A program made the position numbers and the translations under genes. DNA of 64,000 nucleotides from Felis catus (lineage: Eukaryota), in the NCBI RefSeq assembly GCF_018350175.1, contig NC_058369.1:19780001-19844000 (forward strand), read 5' to 3'. This document shows positions 49,143-61,771 of the stretch, piece after piece. The notes under the pieces are model-generated. The model was not told where the DNA came from. It was given only the letters and a program-made list of their open reading frames with translations, and did no database searches. Within the stretch, counting starts at the first letter, position 1, and every line of letters begins with the position of its first letter.

Positions 49143-50205
49143 AGTACTGAGTCATCTTTGAACACAGTGGTTTGTCACCTATCATACTGTATAAAGACAT
49201 AATACATAATGATAATAGTTTGTATAATATTTTGCTATTTCCAGGTGGTTGAATATGGTTAATAAATCAGAATTATAGATTCTAATCACCTCAGCATATC
49301 AGTATATAAAATTTTTATACCAGAAAATATTTCATTATCCCTCACAATTGGCATAGACATTATAAAAATATTACCAAGTTATGCCCCTACTTTGAACAAC
49401 CTTTCAGTAACTTTTCAGTCGTTTTACTTGAGTTAAGATCTGGAACATTTAGTATCATTTGAAAAGGCCCTGTCAGAGCTGTCTTCAGCATTACTGGCTT
49501 TTTTAAAGTTCTTGTTTATGTGAAATTCTTTCTAATTTTGGTGGCTTCTTGTATACTGTTTCCTCTGCAAGTGACACCATACCTGGTTTTCTCCCTCTCC
49601 ACACACTTTTCCTCTCATGACCTTTTTGCATCTTTTGGGCTGTTCTACTTCTTCAGAGATTTTACTGATCCTTTCTTTTTAAATCATGTCTCCCAGCTAA
49701 AATCTCTTATTGTACACTTTAATTTCCTTCTTAGATTCATCACTGTTCATTTTTGTATGTTGTGATTATTTGTCTGTTAATTGCCTATCCAGAACAAGAG
49801 CTCTCTGAAGATAGGAACCCTGTCCACTTTTGTTCACTGATAAATCCTTGGCAGTTAGCACAGGGAATGGCACCACAGTCGATGCTGCTTACGAGGTAGG
49901 CTGAGGGAAACCCAGTACCTTTCTGACCCTTTCCAGGATCAGAATTCCTCTACCAGACCCAGAATTCCTCTACTGACACAGTTTTCTAAGAAAATAGAAT
50001 ACCAGTATAATGAAGGGTTTATAAAATGTTTTAGAAATCATTGCGTGGGTCCCCTTCAACTCATTTCCATCATATCTTTGCATTACTGTTAAGTGTTAAA
50101 GGGCACAAATAACTTAAAAAATTAATTTAAGCAAGACTTGGGCAGTATATGGTCTTTCCTTAAAGAAAAAGGCTTAAAAACGGTCTTTAAAAAAATTCTG
50201 TTTTA

Positions 50206-50400
50206 GGGGCTCCTGAGTGGTTCAGTTGGTTAAGTGTCTGACTTCGGCTCATGTCATGATCTCATGGTTCATGAGTTCCAGCCCTGCTTTGGGCTCTGTG
50301 CTGACAGCTCGGAGCCTGGAGTCATCTTTGGATTCTATGTCTCCCTCTGTCTCTGCCCCTCCCTCCTCGCCCTATGTCTCTCTGAAAAATAAACTTTAAA
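50206..50400 (+). mobile_element. Can-SINE followed by a short minus L1 3' end (about 50450-50558)
   Basis: ggggctcctgagtggttcag head and aaaaataaa tail. Confidence 0.88.
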
Positions 50401-50574
50401 AAATTATTTTAAAAATCTTTTATTTTGTATTTATTTTTTTCTTTTTTGTGTATTTTTATTGAAATTCTAGTTAACATACAGTATAATACTAGCTTCAGGT
50501 GTACAGTATAGTGGCTCAACACTTCAGTACAACACCCTGTACTCATCACAAGTGCCCTCTTTATTTCTTTTTTC

Positions 50575-50789
50575 TTCAACGTTTTTTTTTTTTTATTTAT
50601 TTTTGGGACAGAGAGAGACAGAGCATGAACGGGCGAGGGGCAGAGAGAGAGGGAGACACAGAATCGGAAACAGGCTCCAGGCTCCGAGCCATCAGCCCGG
50701 AGCCTGACGCGGGGCTCGAACTCACGGACCGTGAGATCGTGACCTGGCTGAAGTCGGACGCTTAACCGACTGCGCCACCCAGGCGCCCC
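50575..50789 (-). mobile_element. Can-SINE, youngest subtype, 280 nt upstream of the second DOCK3 exon
   Basis: TSD ctttatttcttttt at 50559-50572 and 50789-50802. Confidence 0.96.
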
Positions 50790-51068
50790 TTTATTTCTTT
50801 TTTCTTAAAAAGTCTGTTTTAAAGGCAGTATTTCTAAAAGTAAAATTGAGGACTTATATAGCAAAACCCAGGTATTTTTACATTAATTCAGTCCATTTAC
50901 ATTGTTGCATCATATTACTGCAGAAGAGTCTTTAATCAGTTGGATGTACCTCTCCTTTATATTTGCTTGAATTTAAAATTTGAATTACACACATTAAAAA
51001 TGTCAGTAGATAGAATTCTGGTATTTTATCAAAGATAATGTGGCTGTTTGTTGTGTGTCTGGTTGTAG

Positions 51069-51165
51069 GCAGTATGAAACTGTGGTTCCACTTGAAGATT
51101 CTATTGTGACTGAGGTTACAGCAACTCTACAAGAATGGGCCAGTCTGTGGAAACAACTCTATGTG
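51069..51165 (+). CDS. DOCK3: DOCK3 internal coding exon (equivalent to human exon 5), 97 nt, phase 2 to 0
   Basis: Acceptor ggttgtAG (51067-51068) and donor GTaagt at 51166. G+QYETVVPLEDSIVTEVTATLQEWASLWKQLYV is identical to recalled human DOCK3 and differs from the DOCK4 paralog. The first G completes the GGG codon begun by the previous exon. Confidence 0.96.
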
Positions 51166-53033
51166 GTAAGTAGTTGATAACTAGCTTACTAGATCATTAA
51201 AATTCCATTATACCAAGTGAAAAAATTTATCTTACCTATGCCAATTACAAATTTTTAGATTTCTGAATATTTGCAACTTTTCAATGTATGTTCCTAATAT
51301 TAACTGAGACATAGTACACTGAATGTTGTTCAATCTGAGGAGAATACATTATTTGTATGCCTGCAGTCCCTCCACCCTATCCCAGTCAATGGAATTTAAA
51401 TTCCTTAACACCAGGGATTTTAACTGTCTTACTCACTGCTGTAGCTCCAGAAGCTTTCATAAAATAGGTATTTACTGAATGAATGAACAAACTTAAGAGT
51501 TGCATTGTGAGCCTAATGGTGGGTAAAGGCCAAGAAGTTGTATCCACAGTTTCTTATAGCTAGTAAGCTGATAGGATATGTCATATATGACATGCTTTGC
51601 TAAGCCCGTAATTAATAGAAAGATTAGTAAAAACCCAGCCCATATCCTCTGGAAACAGGAGAGTGATAGGACACACAAAATCAGGGCTAAACATGAGTGA
51701 CAAGGTTTGGGTTCGAACAAGAGGGAATAAACACATTCTGTATATTCTTCTTAGTAATTACAACAAAAATCCTGGACAAAACCCATAAATCACCTGCCAG
51801 AAAACTCTGAAAGTAAAGGAAGAGAAGGTGGAGTGATTAGGGACCTTTGGACTCAAGGATTGAGTGAGTTCCCTGATTGTTGTTTTTTTCTTGCCTCCCA
51901 TATACTTTGGCCTGGGCTCTAGAGAAGCCCACAACCTGGATATACTGTTGGGTGCACACAAAAAGCATCAAAGAAAGCCTTTTTTTTTTTAAGCCAAAGG
52001 ATGGCACAGCAAAACAGAAACCTTTTAATCTATCCTTTCTGTTCTCCAGACAAACGTTGCAATAAAAGCTGCACCCTCATACCCACCCAAATAGGCATTG
52101 CAATAGTGGAACTACTCCATCTCATACACACACTCTTACTCCCATGTGCAGTAACACATGTCTCTCTCCAGTGGAGCCTTAGGTCAAACACTGACTTCTA
52201 CCCCTCCCCACTATAGTAATTAGGCAGTGCCTCTCTTCATTGGAGTCTGTGGGAAGATTCTGACTTTCACTTCACCACCACTTGCAAGGTGGCACTTTTC
52301 TGCAGCAGAGCCTGTGGGTGGGACTCTGGATTTCACAACTACCCAGTGTTAACATAGTGATGCCCTTATTTTGCAGAGTTCTGTGGGCAAAACTATGACT
52401 TCCTTCTATGCTCTAAAGTAAGGAAGCAGCCTCCATCCACAGAGGAGCCTGTGGTTGGAGCTCTTGATTTCCATTTCCCTTATAAGAATAAGTGGGTCCC
52501 TTCCCAGCTGAGCTTATAGGCAAAACTGACTTTAACCTCCCCATTACGAGATAGTGCTCCGCTCTAGTACACCATGTGAACAGTCCTCTATTTTTCATCC
52601 TTGTCCTGCTGAAATGAAGCAGTGCTTATCCCCACCCAAATCCATGCAGAGTGTAAGTGAAGTAGAGTTCTGCTATCTAGGTAACACACAAATGGAGAAA
52701 ACCAGAAGAGCACTGGAAAGACTTCATATACGAAATTGACATATGAATCACAGACCACAAAAGTGAGCCTAGAATTGCATTCTGAATCTAAGCAGATTGA
52801 CCACCTACTAAAATAGAAGTTTTAAACAGGAATCTGAATGTCATAGTACAATACTTAAAATGTCCAGTATACAGACTAAATTTATTTGTCATGTAAAATA
52901 TCAGGAAAACTTTAAGAAGAAAAGATAATCAACAGATGCCAACTTTGAAATTACAAAGACATTGGAATCATCAACAGGGGTTTTAAAACTGCTTTTGTAA
53001 AATTGCTCCAGCAAGCAATTAGAGACACTCTTG

Positions 53034-53717
53034 TTTTTTTTTTTAATTTGCATCTTTATTTACTTACATTATTTTATTTATTATATAATTTATTGTCAAT
53101 TTAGCTAACATACAGTGTATACAATGTGCTCATGGCTTTGGGAGTAGATTCCCATGATTCACCATTTACATACAACATCCAGTGCTCATCCCAGCAAGTG
53201 CCCTCCTCAATGCCCATCACCTGTTTAACCTGCCTCCCCACCCCCTTCCACCCTCAGTTTGTTCTCTGTATTTAAAAGTCTGGGTGGCCCAGTTGGTTAA
53301 GCGTCTGACTTCGGCTCAGGTCATGATCTTGTGGTACATGAATTTGAGCTCCATTCGGGCTCTGTGCTGACAGCTCAGAGCCTGGAGCCTGCTTCAGATT
53401 CTGTATCTCTCTCTCTCTCTGCCCCTCCCCTGCTCATGCTTTGTTTCTCTCCCTCTCTCATAAATAAAAACATACACAAAAATTTAAAAAAATGAAAATA
53501 AAGGTCTCTTATAGTTTGCCTCCCTCTCTGTTTGTAACTTTTTTTTTCTTTCCCTTCCCCCATGGTCTTCTATTAAATTTCTCAAATTCCACATATGAGT
53601 GAAAACATGATATCTTTCTCTGACTGACTTATTTCACTTAGCATAATACCCTCCAGTTCTGTCCACGTTGTTGCAAATGGCAAGATTTCATTATTTTTCA
53701 TTGCCAAGTAGTATTCC

Positions 53718-53756
<39 letters not shown>

Positions 53757-54331
53757 ACATACACTGTATACACTATATATATATATATGCACACATATGT
53801 ATATGCACACACAGTATATATAGACACACTATATATATATACACACACTATATACACACTATACACACACACACACACACATCTTTTTTTTTTTTTTTTA
53901 CACCACTTCTTCTTTATCCATTCATCATTTGATGGGCAGTGGGCATTTGGGCTCTTTCCATAATTTGGCTATTGTTGATAATGCTGCTATTAACATTAGG
54001 GTACATGTACCCCTATGAATCATCACTCCTGTATCCTTTGGATAAATTCCTAATAGTGCTATTGCTGGGTCATAGGGTAATTGTATTTTTAATTTTTTGA
54101 GGAACCTCCACACTGTTTTCCAGAGTTGCTGCACCAGTTTGCATTCCCACCAGCAGTGCAAAAGGTTTCCCCTTTTCCCACACCCTCACCAACACCTGTT
54201 ATTTCCTGAGTTGCTAATTTTAGCCACTCTGACTGGTGTGAGGTGGTATCTCAATGTAGTTTTGATTTGTATTTCCCTGATGATGAGTGATGTTGAGCAT
54301 CTTTTCATGTGTCTGTTAGCCATTGGGATGA
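53034..54331 (-). mobile_element. Feliform L1 3' portion containing a + SINE (53281-53500) and a (TG)/(TA)/(CA) microsatellite (53720-53882)
   Basis: [23 protein letters not shown] on the minus strand. TSD agagacactcttg at 53021-53033 and 54332-54344. Confidence 0.92.
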
Positions 54332-56587
54332 AGAGACACTCTTGAAACAAATGAAAACACTCTTGAAACTGCAGCAAGGAAATAGAAAACTTAAAGAATC
54401 AAATGAAAATTTTAGAACTAAAAAATAGACTAACAAAAATTTAAAAATTACTAGATAAACTCAATAGCAGAATGGAAAGAACAGAGGAAGGAATTAGTGA
54501 GCTTAATGATGGATCAAAAGAAATTATCCAGTCTGAATAATGGAGAGAAACTAAATGGAAAAGTAAACTTAGCTTTAGAGACCTGTGGGACAATAACAAA
54601 AGATATAACATTTAAGTCATCAGAGGACTAGACAGAAAGGACAGAATGTGGAGTTAAAAGAAAATTGAAGAAATAATGGCTTAAGTCTTCCCAAATTTGG
54701 TAAAAGATGTAAGCCAAGAAGTCGAGTAAACTCTAAACAGGATAAACCTAAAGAAATCCATGCACAATCACATTGTAGTTAAATTTCTGAAAATTAAGGC
54801 AAAAGAAGAAAATCTTTGTATATATGTATATATATTTAAAAAATTTTTTATGTATTTTAAAATCCAATATAATTACTATACAGTGTTAGATTAGTTTCAG
54901 GTGTGCAATTTTGTGATTCAACAATTCTGTACATTATTCAGTACTCATCATGATAAGTGTACTCTTAATCCCTCCCCTTCACCTATTTGACCCATCCCCC
55001 CACCCACCAAAGAAAAAGTTTTAAAAGGGAAACAACACATTACCATTAGGGAAATGACAATTTGAATGACAGCAAATTTGTCATCAGAAACTATGGAAGA
55101 CACAAGGGAGTGGCCCAACATTTTTCAAGTACTGAAAGAAAAAAACCCTGATGTTACCCCAGATTTGTGTATCTAGGAAAAATATATTTCAGGAATAAAG
55201 GAGAAATAAACACATTTTTAGATGAAGGAACCCTAAGAAAATTTGTTGCCGTTGGATTGGTTCTAAAATAGTTGCTATAATGGATGTTTATCAGATACAA
55301 AGTAAGAGATAATGTAAGGACACTTGGAATATAGGAATGAAGAAATCAATAGAAGGATGGATCAATAGAAGGGGTAAATTCTGTTAGGTTTTTAAAGTAG
55401 TCTTTGAGGAGACAAAGCAGAAATTATAACACTGATATGGATTTCAGTGTATGTAGAGGTTTATATTTAAGAAAGTTGTATCTAAAATGGTGAGGGAAAG
55501 GGACATAAACTGTGGTATCTGTATTCTATTTCAAGTAGTAAGATGTTGATACTAGTAGATTATAATACATTATGCATATATGTTATAATCTCTAGAGCAA
55601 TCATTAAAACTGTTACACAAAGCAATATAATAAAAATGCTATCAATAAACCAAAATGGAATACTAAAATGCTCAAATAACCTATACGAAATTAAGAAAGG
55701 GAAAACAGAGGAAGGTGAAACAGAGGGAACAAAAAAATAAATACTAAAATGGTGGATTTAAATCCTAATATATGAATAATAAAAAGATGAAAATTGGCAG
55801 AGTTGATAAAAAAGACTTAACTGTGTGCTGTAAGAAACTCCATATATAATGATATAGGAGGTGAAAAGTTAGAAAAATACATACCATTCAAACAATAAAA
55901 AAAAGCTTGAATGGCTAGAGTAAAAAATATTATTATATTAATTATGAATTATTTCTTCCTTAAATATAAATAAAAATAAATAAAATGAATTATATTACTA
56001 TTAATTAAAGTTGATATCAGAATAAAGAAAAGGGATATCACAGAGTGGTAAAAAGATCAGTTTACCAAGAAGATGTAACAATCTTAAATATGCATGCACC
56101 AAAAAACAGCTGCAAAATAAATGAAATAAAACCTGAAAGGACTGAATAGAGAAAATGGATAAATCATTTATTATATTTGGAGATTTATGACCCTTTCCCC
56201 TAGTAATCGATATAACCACTTGACAGAAGTCCCCAAGGATAGTGAAGAACTGAACAATGCCATCAACCATTGGGATCTAATTGAAAGTTTTAGACTGTTC
56301 CATCCGATAAAATTGGAATACAGATTGTTTTCAAGCACATGTGGAACATTCACCAAGATTGACAATATCTTGGGTCATAGAACAACTCAACAAATGTTCA
56401 GTAATTCATGTCATACAAAGGATAATCTGACATTAATGGAAACAAAATAGAAATCAGGACCAGACAACAGGGAAATATTGAAGCACTTAGAAATTAAAAC
56501 ACTGTTAAATAATCCATGGATCAAAGAGGAAGTCTCAAGAAATTAAAAATATGTTTAAATGAATGTAAATGAAAATATAATGTATTA

Positions 56588-57175
56588 TCTGGAAAACAGT
56601 GTGGAGGTTCCTCAAAAAATTAAAAATAGAACTACCCTATGACCCAGCAATAGCACTAATAGGAGTTTACCCAAGAGATACAAGAGTGCTGATGCATTGG
56701 GTCACGTTACCCCAGTGTTTATAGCAGCGCTTTCAACAATAGCCAAATAATGGAAAGAGCCTAAATGTCCACCAACTGATGGATGGATAAAGAAGATGTG
56801 GTGTATATATACAATGGAATACTACTTGGCAATGAGAAAGAATGAACTCCTACCATTTGCAGCAACGTGGATGGAACTGGAAGGTATTATGCTGAGTGAA
56901 ATAAGTCAGTCAGAGAAGGACAGATACCATATGTTTTCACTCATATGTGGATCTTGAGAAGCTTAACAGAAGACCATGGGGGAAGGTAAGGGGAAAAAAA
57001 TAGATACAGAGAGGGAGGGAGGCGAACCATAAGAGAGTCTTAAATACAGAGAACAAACTGAGGGTGGATGAGGGGTAGGGGAGAGGGAAAATGGGTGATG
57101 GGCATTGAGGAGGGCACTTGGGATGAGCACTAGGTATTGTATGTAAACCAATTTGACAATAAATTATATTCATAA
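56588..57175 (+). mobile_element. Felid L1 3' fragment
   Basis: ctggaaaacagtgtggaggttcctc...ccaatttgacaataaa; TSD aaaatataatgYatta. Confidence 0.92.
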
Positions 57176-58499
57176 AAAATATAATGCATTAAAATGTGTG
57201 GAATGCAGTTGAAGCAGTGCTGAGAGGGACATTTATAGCATTAAGTGCATATAATTAAAAAAAACATGGTATCAAATCAATAACTACTTCAAGAATCTAA
57301 TAAAAGAAGATAAACCCAAGCAAGCAGAATGAAAGAAAAAATAAAGAGCAGGGATTAATGAAATTAAAAATAGAAAAACAAGAGAAAAGTCAGTCAAACC
57401 AAAAGCCAGTTTTTAAAATATCAATAAAATTAATAGACATCTACCAAGACTTACAAAGAAAACAACTGAAATAATAATTACCAATACATTTGGACTAAAG
57501 AAAGAGATATCACTGTAGATTCCACAGACATTAAATTGACAATAAGAAAATGTTATAAACAACTTCATAACATGTAAGTGAGAATCTAGATGAATCAAAC
57601 AAATCCTTGAAAATCACAAGTTGCCAAAATTCACCCAAGGTAAAATAGGTAATCTGATTATGCTACAGGTATTAAAGTAATTGAATTTATGAAAATCCTT
57701 CCCAAAAAGAAATGTCTAGGCACAGATAGTTCCACTGGTGAATTCTACCAACAGTCTAAAGAAGAAAAGACAGCAAAATGATTCAGAAAAAGCATTTGAG
57801 GAAATCCAACACTCTTATGATAAAAATGCTCAGCAAACTTTGAATAAAGGGAACTTTTTCACCCTGAGAAAGGGCATTCATAAAAACCTACAGCGAATAT
57901 CATACTTAATTGTGAAAGTCTGCTTTTGGGAACAAGGTGAGGAAGTCTGCTTTTAACAGTTTTATTCCACATAGTACTAGAAGACTAGAAGACTTAACCA
58001 GTGCAGTAAGGCAAGAACATCCTATTCAAAGCCCAGATCTACCCCCACTACCACCCAAATACAAGATATGCTAAGAAACTGAAGCATGTTTGGTTAGCAT
58101 TAGATCAGTTTAATAAAGTATGTGCAACACTTGTCTACTAAAAACTATATAAAACATTACTGAAAGAAATTAAAGAAGACCTAAATAAATGGAGCAAGAA
58201 GTCATGCTTGTGGGGTGGAAAACTAAATTTTGTTAAGATATCCATTAATTTCAAAATGAATTTTTGCATCAACACAGTAGCAAACAAAATTTCAGTGCGC
58301 ACTTTTGGATAGAAATTGATTATATTGATTCTGCAATATATACTAAGTTGGAGTATGTGATTTTTTTGTGTGTATGTGATTTCAAGACTTACTATGAAGT
58401 ACAGTAATCAAGACAAAAGGTATTGACAAAAGGATAGGCATATACATCGGTGGAATAGATAGAGATAATAATTGACCACACAAATATGGTCAATTAATT

Positions 58500-58840
58500 T
58501 TTTTCATTTATATATTTTAAGTAAAGATTGTATATAATTTAAGGTGTACAACATGATGATTCAATATATATGTAATTGGTGAAATGAGTGCTAGAGGCAA
58601 CCTAATAAGCATGTCACCTTTTCCTCACATAGTTACCATTCCTTGTGTGTGATGAGTGCCCTTGAAATGTACTCTCTTAGCGTATTTTTAGTAATCAGTG
58701 CAGTATTGTAGAGTATAGCCCTCATGCCTGTATGTTAGGTCTGTGGCTTTTTCATCCTCTGTAATTGGAACTTTGTACTCTTTGACCAACATCTCTGTTC
58801 TCTGCTTCTGTAATTTATACTTTTTTAGATCCTGTATATG
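58500..58840 (-). mobile_element. L1MA-like 3' end
   Basis: ttaaggtgtacaacatgatgatt...ttgtactctttgaccaacatctc. Confidence 0.75.
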
Positions 58841-59290
58841 TTATTTAAAAAATATATGTGTGTGTGTGTGTGTGTGTATTACATACATAATATGTATGTA
58901 ATCCTAAATGGTATACATTTGTTTTGGTGTTTATATGGTTAGAATTACTCTGTACATGTTTTTCTACAACTTCCTTTTATCCCTCAGTAGTATGTTCTCA
59001 CATTTATTCATGTTGTATTAGTAGTTGTTCATTTCATGGTTATATAGTATTCCATGTGATTATGCCCTATTTATCCATTCCACTCTTGGTTGACATTAAG
59101 GTTAATTCCATTTTTTTTTTTTTGCCCATGTTCAAGAGTGAGACTGGTCTGTAATTTTCCTTTCTCCAGTGTCCTTGGTCTGGTTTAGGTATCAAGGTTA
59201 TACTAACCTCATAAAATGAATTGGAGAGTTTTCTCTTTTTCTATTTTCCTAAAAAAGCTTATATAAGATTGTGATTACCTGTTCCTTTAT

Positions 59291-60351
59291 TTTTTTTTTT
59301 AATGTTTATTTTTGAGAGAGAGTGAGCACAAGTGGGGGAGGGGCAGAGAAAGAGGGAGACACAGAAACTGAAGTAGCCTCCAGGCTCTGAGCTGTCAGCA
59401 CAGAGCCCAACATGGGTCTCACACTCACGGGCTGTGAGAACATGACCTGGGCCTAAGTTGGATGCTCAACCGACTAAGCCACCCAGGAGCCCCTGTGATT
59501 ACCTGTTCCTTTAATAGCTGATAGAACTAACCTTTAAACTAGGATAGTATTTTCTTCATTAAATGATACTTTAAATTACTGATTCCATTTCTTTAATGCT
59601 TTTGGAATCATTCGTGATTTGTTTGTTTTTTTAAGAGAGAGAGGGGATGGGGAAGGGCAGAGGCATAAAAAGAATCCCAAGCAGGCTCTATGCCCAGAGC
59701 AGAACCCCATATGGGGGCTTAATCTCACAACCCTGAGATCATGACCTCAGCAGAAACCAGAAGTCGGATGCTTAACTGACTGAGCTACCCAGGTGCCCCC
59801 ATTCAGGATTTTTCTTGTCAATTTTGAGAATTTCTTTGTTTTAGGAATTTTTCTATTTCATGTTTTTAATGGTAAAGACATAAATTGCCTTCTGCAATAG
59901 TTAATTCCTGTTTTCACTCTTAATATTCTTTATTTGTGCCACCTTATTCATCTCACTTTGACTTGCCAGAGATTTGTCTATTTTAGTAACCTTTTCAGGT
60001 AATACTTTTGGCTTTGCCAACCGTACGTTATGGTCTCATTTTCTATTTATTTAATTTGTGTTCTTGTTTTTATTTCCTTCTACATTTTTTGTGGGTTTAC
60101 CCAGTTTTTCTTTTTCCAACTTATATATAGTTGGAAACCTAGCTCATATGTTTTTTTATTTTTATTTTTTTTTTATTTTAGAAAGAGAGAAAGCACGAGC
60201 GGGGGAGAGGGACAGAGGAAGAGAGAGAATCTTAAGCTGGCTCCACGCTTGGCAAAACCTGACATAGGGCTCAGTCTCATGATTATGAGATCATGACCTG
60301 AGCTGAACTCAGGGGTCAGATGCTTAACCAACTGAGCCACCCAGGCGCCCC
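59291..60351 (-). mobile_element. Three Can-SINEs (about 59291-59493, 59620-59800, 60150-60351) in old L1 sequence
   Basis: The first has a 20-bp TSD tgtgattacctgttccttta; all show SINEC motifs. Confidence 0.88.
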
Positions 60352-60454
60352 AGCTCATTTGTTTTTAATTCTTTCTTTAGGTATGTCTAGTGTGCTGTGT
60401 AACGAGCCATGAGTTCATTGATTACATTTGTTCTAGAAACTCTTTGGTTATTTT

Positions 60455-61165
60455 TTTTAGTATTTATTTTAATTCCAGTTAGCATACAGTGTTATAGTAG
60501 TTTCAGGTGAATTACTGTAATATAGTAATTCAACATGTCTATAAATCACCCTGTGCTCATCATGACAAGTGCACTCCTTAATCCCTGTCATCTGTTCCAC
60601 CCATCCCCCTCACTGCCTCCCCTCTGGTAACCATCAGTTAGTTCTCTATAATTAAGAGTCTGATGGCTAAAATCAGCAACACAGGAACAACAGGTGTTGG
60701 TGATGATGTGGAGAAAATGGAATACTTGTGCACTGTTGGTGAGAATGCAAACTGGTGTAGCCACTCTGGAAAGCAGTATGGACATTCCTCAAAAAGTTAA
60801 AAATAGAATTACATATAATCCAGCAATTACAATACTGGGTATTTACCCAAAGAATACAAAAACACTAATCAAAAGGGATACATGGCACCCTGATGTTTAT
60901 AGCAACATTATTTACAGTAGCCAAGATACGGAATCAGCCCAAATGTCTACTGATTGAGTGTATAAAGAAGATGTGGTTAGATATACAACAGAATTACTCA
61001 GCCATAAAAATAATGAAATCTTGCTGTTTGCAATGACACGGATGGAGCTAAAGAGAATAGTGCTAAGCAGAATAAATCAGAGAAAGACAAATACAATATG
61101 ATTTTCCTCATGTGGAATTTAAGAAACAAAAACAAACAAGCAAAGGAAAAAAATAAGAGACAAAG
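60455..61165 (-). mobile_element. 5'-inverted (twin-primed) carnivore L1 3' fragment
   Basis: Minus-strand 3'UTR at 60455-60662 and inverted ORF2 end at 60663-61162, ending next to where the first piece starts in L1 coordinates. TSD-like aaYtctttRgttattttt. Confidence 0.85.
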
Positions 61166-61327
61166 AATTCTTTAGTTATTTTTTTTTAAGTCTGCCTGGT
61201 TAGTTTTTACAGCCTTTTCTTCCTGTTATGTACTGTACTCATTTATTTCTTTAAACATAGATATCCATAATATTTTGTATACGATCATTTCAGTGTTCAA
61301 TTTTTGTACTGATTCAGTTGTCTTTTT

Positions 61328-61543
61328 TAAATTAAATTTATTTTATTTCATTTTTAAATGTTTATTTTTGAGAGAGAGAATGAACTAATGGGACAGGAGC
61401 AGAGAGCGAGAGGGAGACAGAGGATCTGAGGTGGGCTCTGCATTGACAGCAGAGAGTCTGATGTGGGGCTGGAACTCAGGAACACTGAGACCATGACTTG
61501 AGCCAAAGTTGGTCACTTACCTGACTGAGCCACCCTGGCCCCC
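61328..61543 (-). mobile_element. Can-SINE
   Basis: TSD ctgattcagttgtcttttt. Confidence 0.92.
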
Positions 61544-61771
61544 CTGATTCAGTTGTCTTTTTCTTTGCTGACTCTTGTGTATATTTCCTTGTTTTAATCC
61601 TGTTTTTGGTGGTTTTGTTTTTGTTTTGCAGCTGATGTTCTTTGGAACTATAACTCTAGGAATTCTTTAAAGCTAGGGTAAAAGCATTTCTCAGAGAAAA
61701 TTTACATTTGTTTTTGCCAGGTTCTTGGGGTATTACCTGTCTTAGAAACATGTTAAAGTTTATATTGAGGT

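Larger units (their letters stand above)
20128..51068 (+). other. DOCK3: DOCK3 intron between the two exons (30,941 nt, GT-AG)
   Basis: Defined by the donor and acceptor of two exons whose peptides are contiguous in DOCK3. Sequence 1-20071 and 51166-64000 is inferred to be the neighbouring introns. Confidence 0.92.
51720..58500 (+). mobile_element. Ancient L1 (L1MC/MD-like): 5' region, ORF1 and internally deleted ORF2, interrupted by younger L1s
   Basis: ORF1-like A-rich sequence at 52900-53020 and 54345-55250, endonuclease fragment EYRLFSSTCGTFTKIDNILGH, and collinear ORF2 remnants to about 58500. Confidence 0.7.

Noticed and set aside
6220..49973. Small tandem duplications (6229-6250, 28150-28180, 33898-33935, 49940-49973)
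   Set aside because: Ordinary 14-16 bp slippage duplications with no further structure.
510..50765. Recurring small ORFs such as MAQSVKRPTSAQV and RQRETEHERGRG
   Set aside because: Translations of Can-SINE consensus sequence, not a gene family.
51069..51165. Assignment to DOCK4 or to a processed pseudogene
   Set aside because: The peptide matches recalled DOCK3 rather than DOCK4, and both exons have intact splice sites around a long intron.
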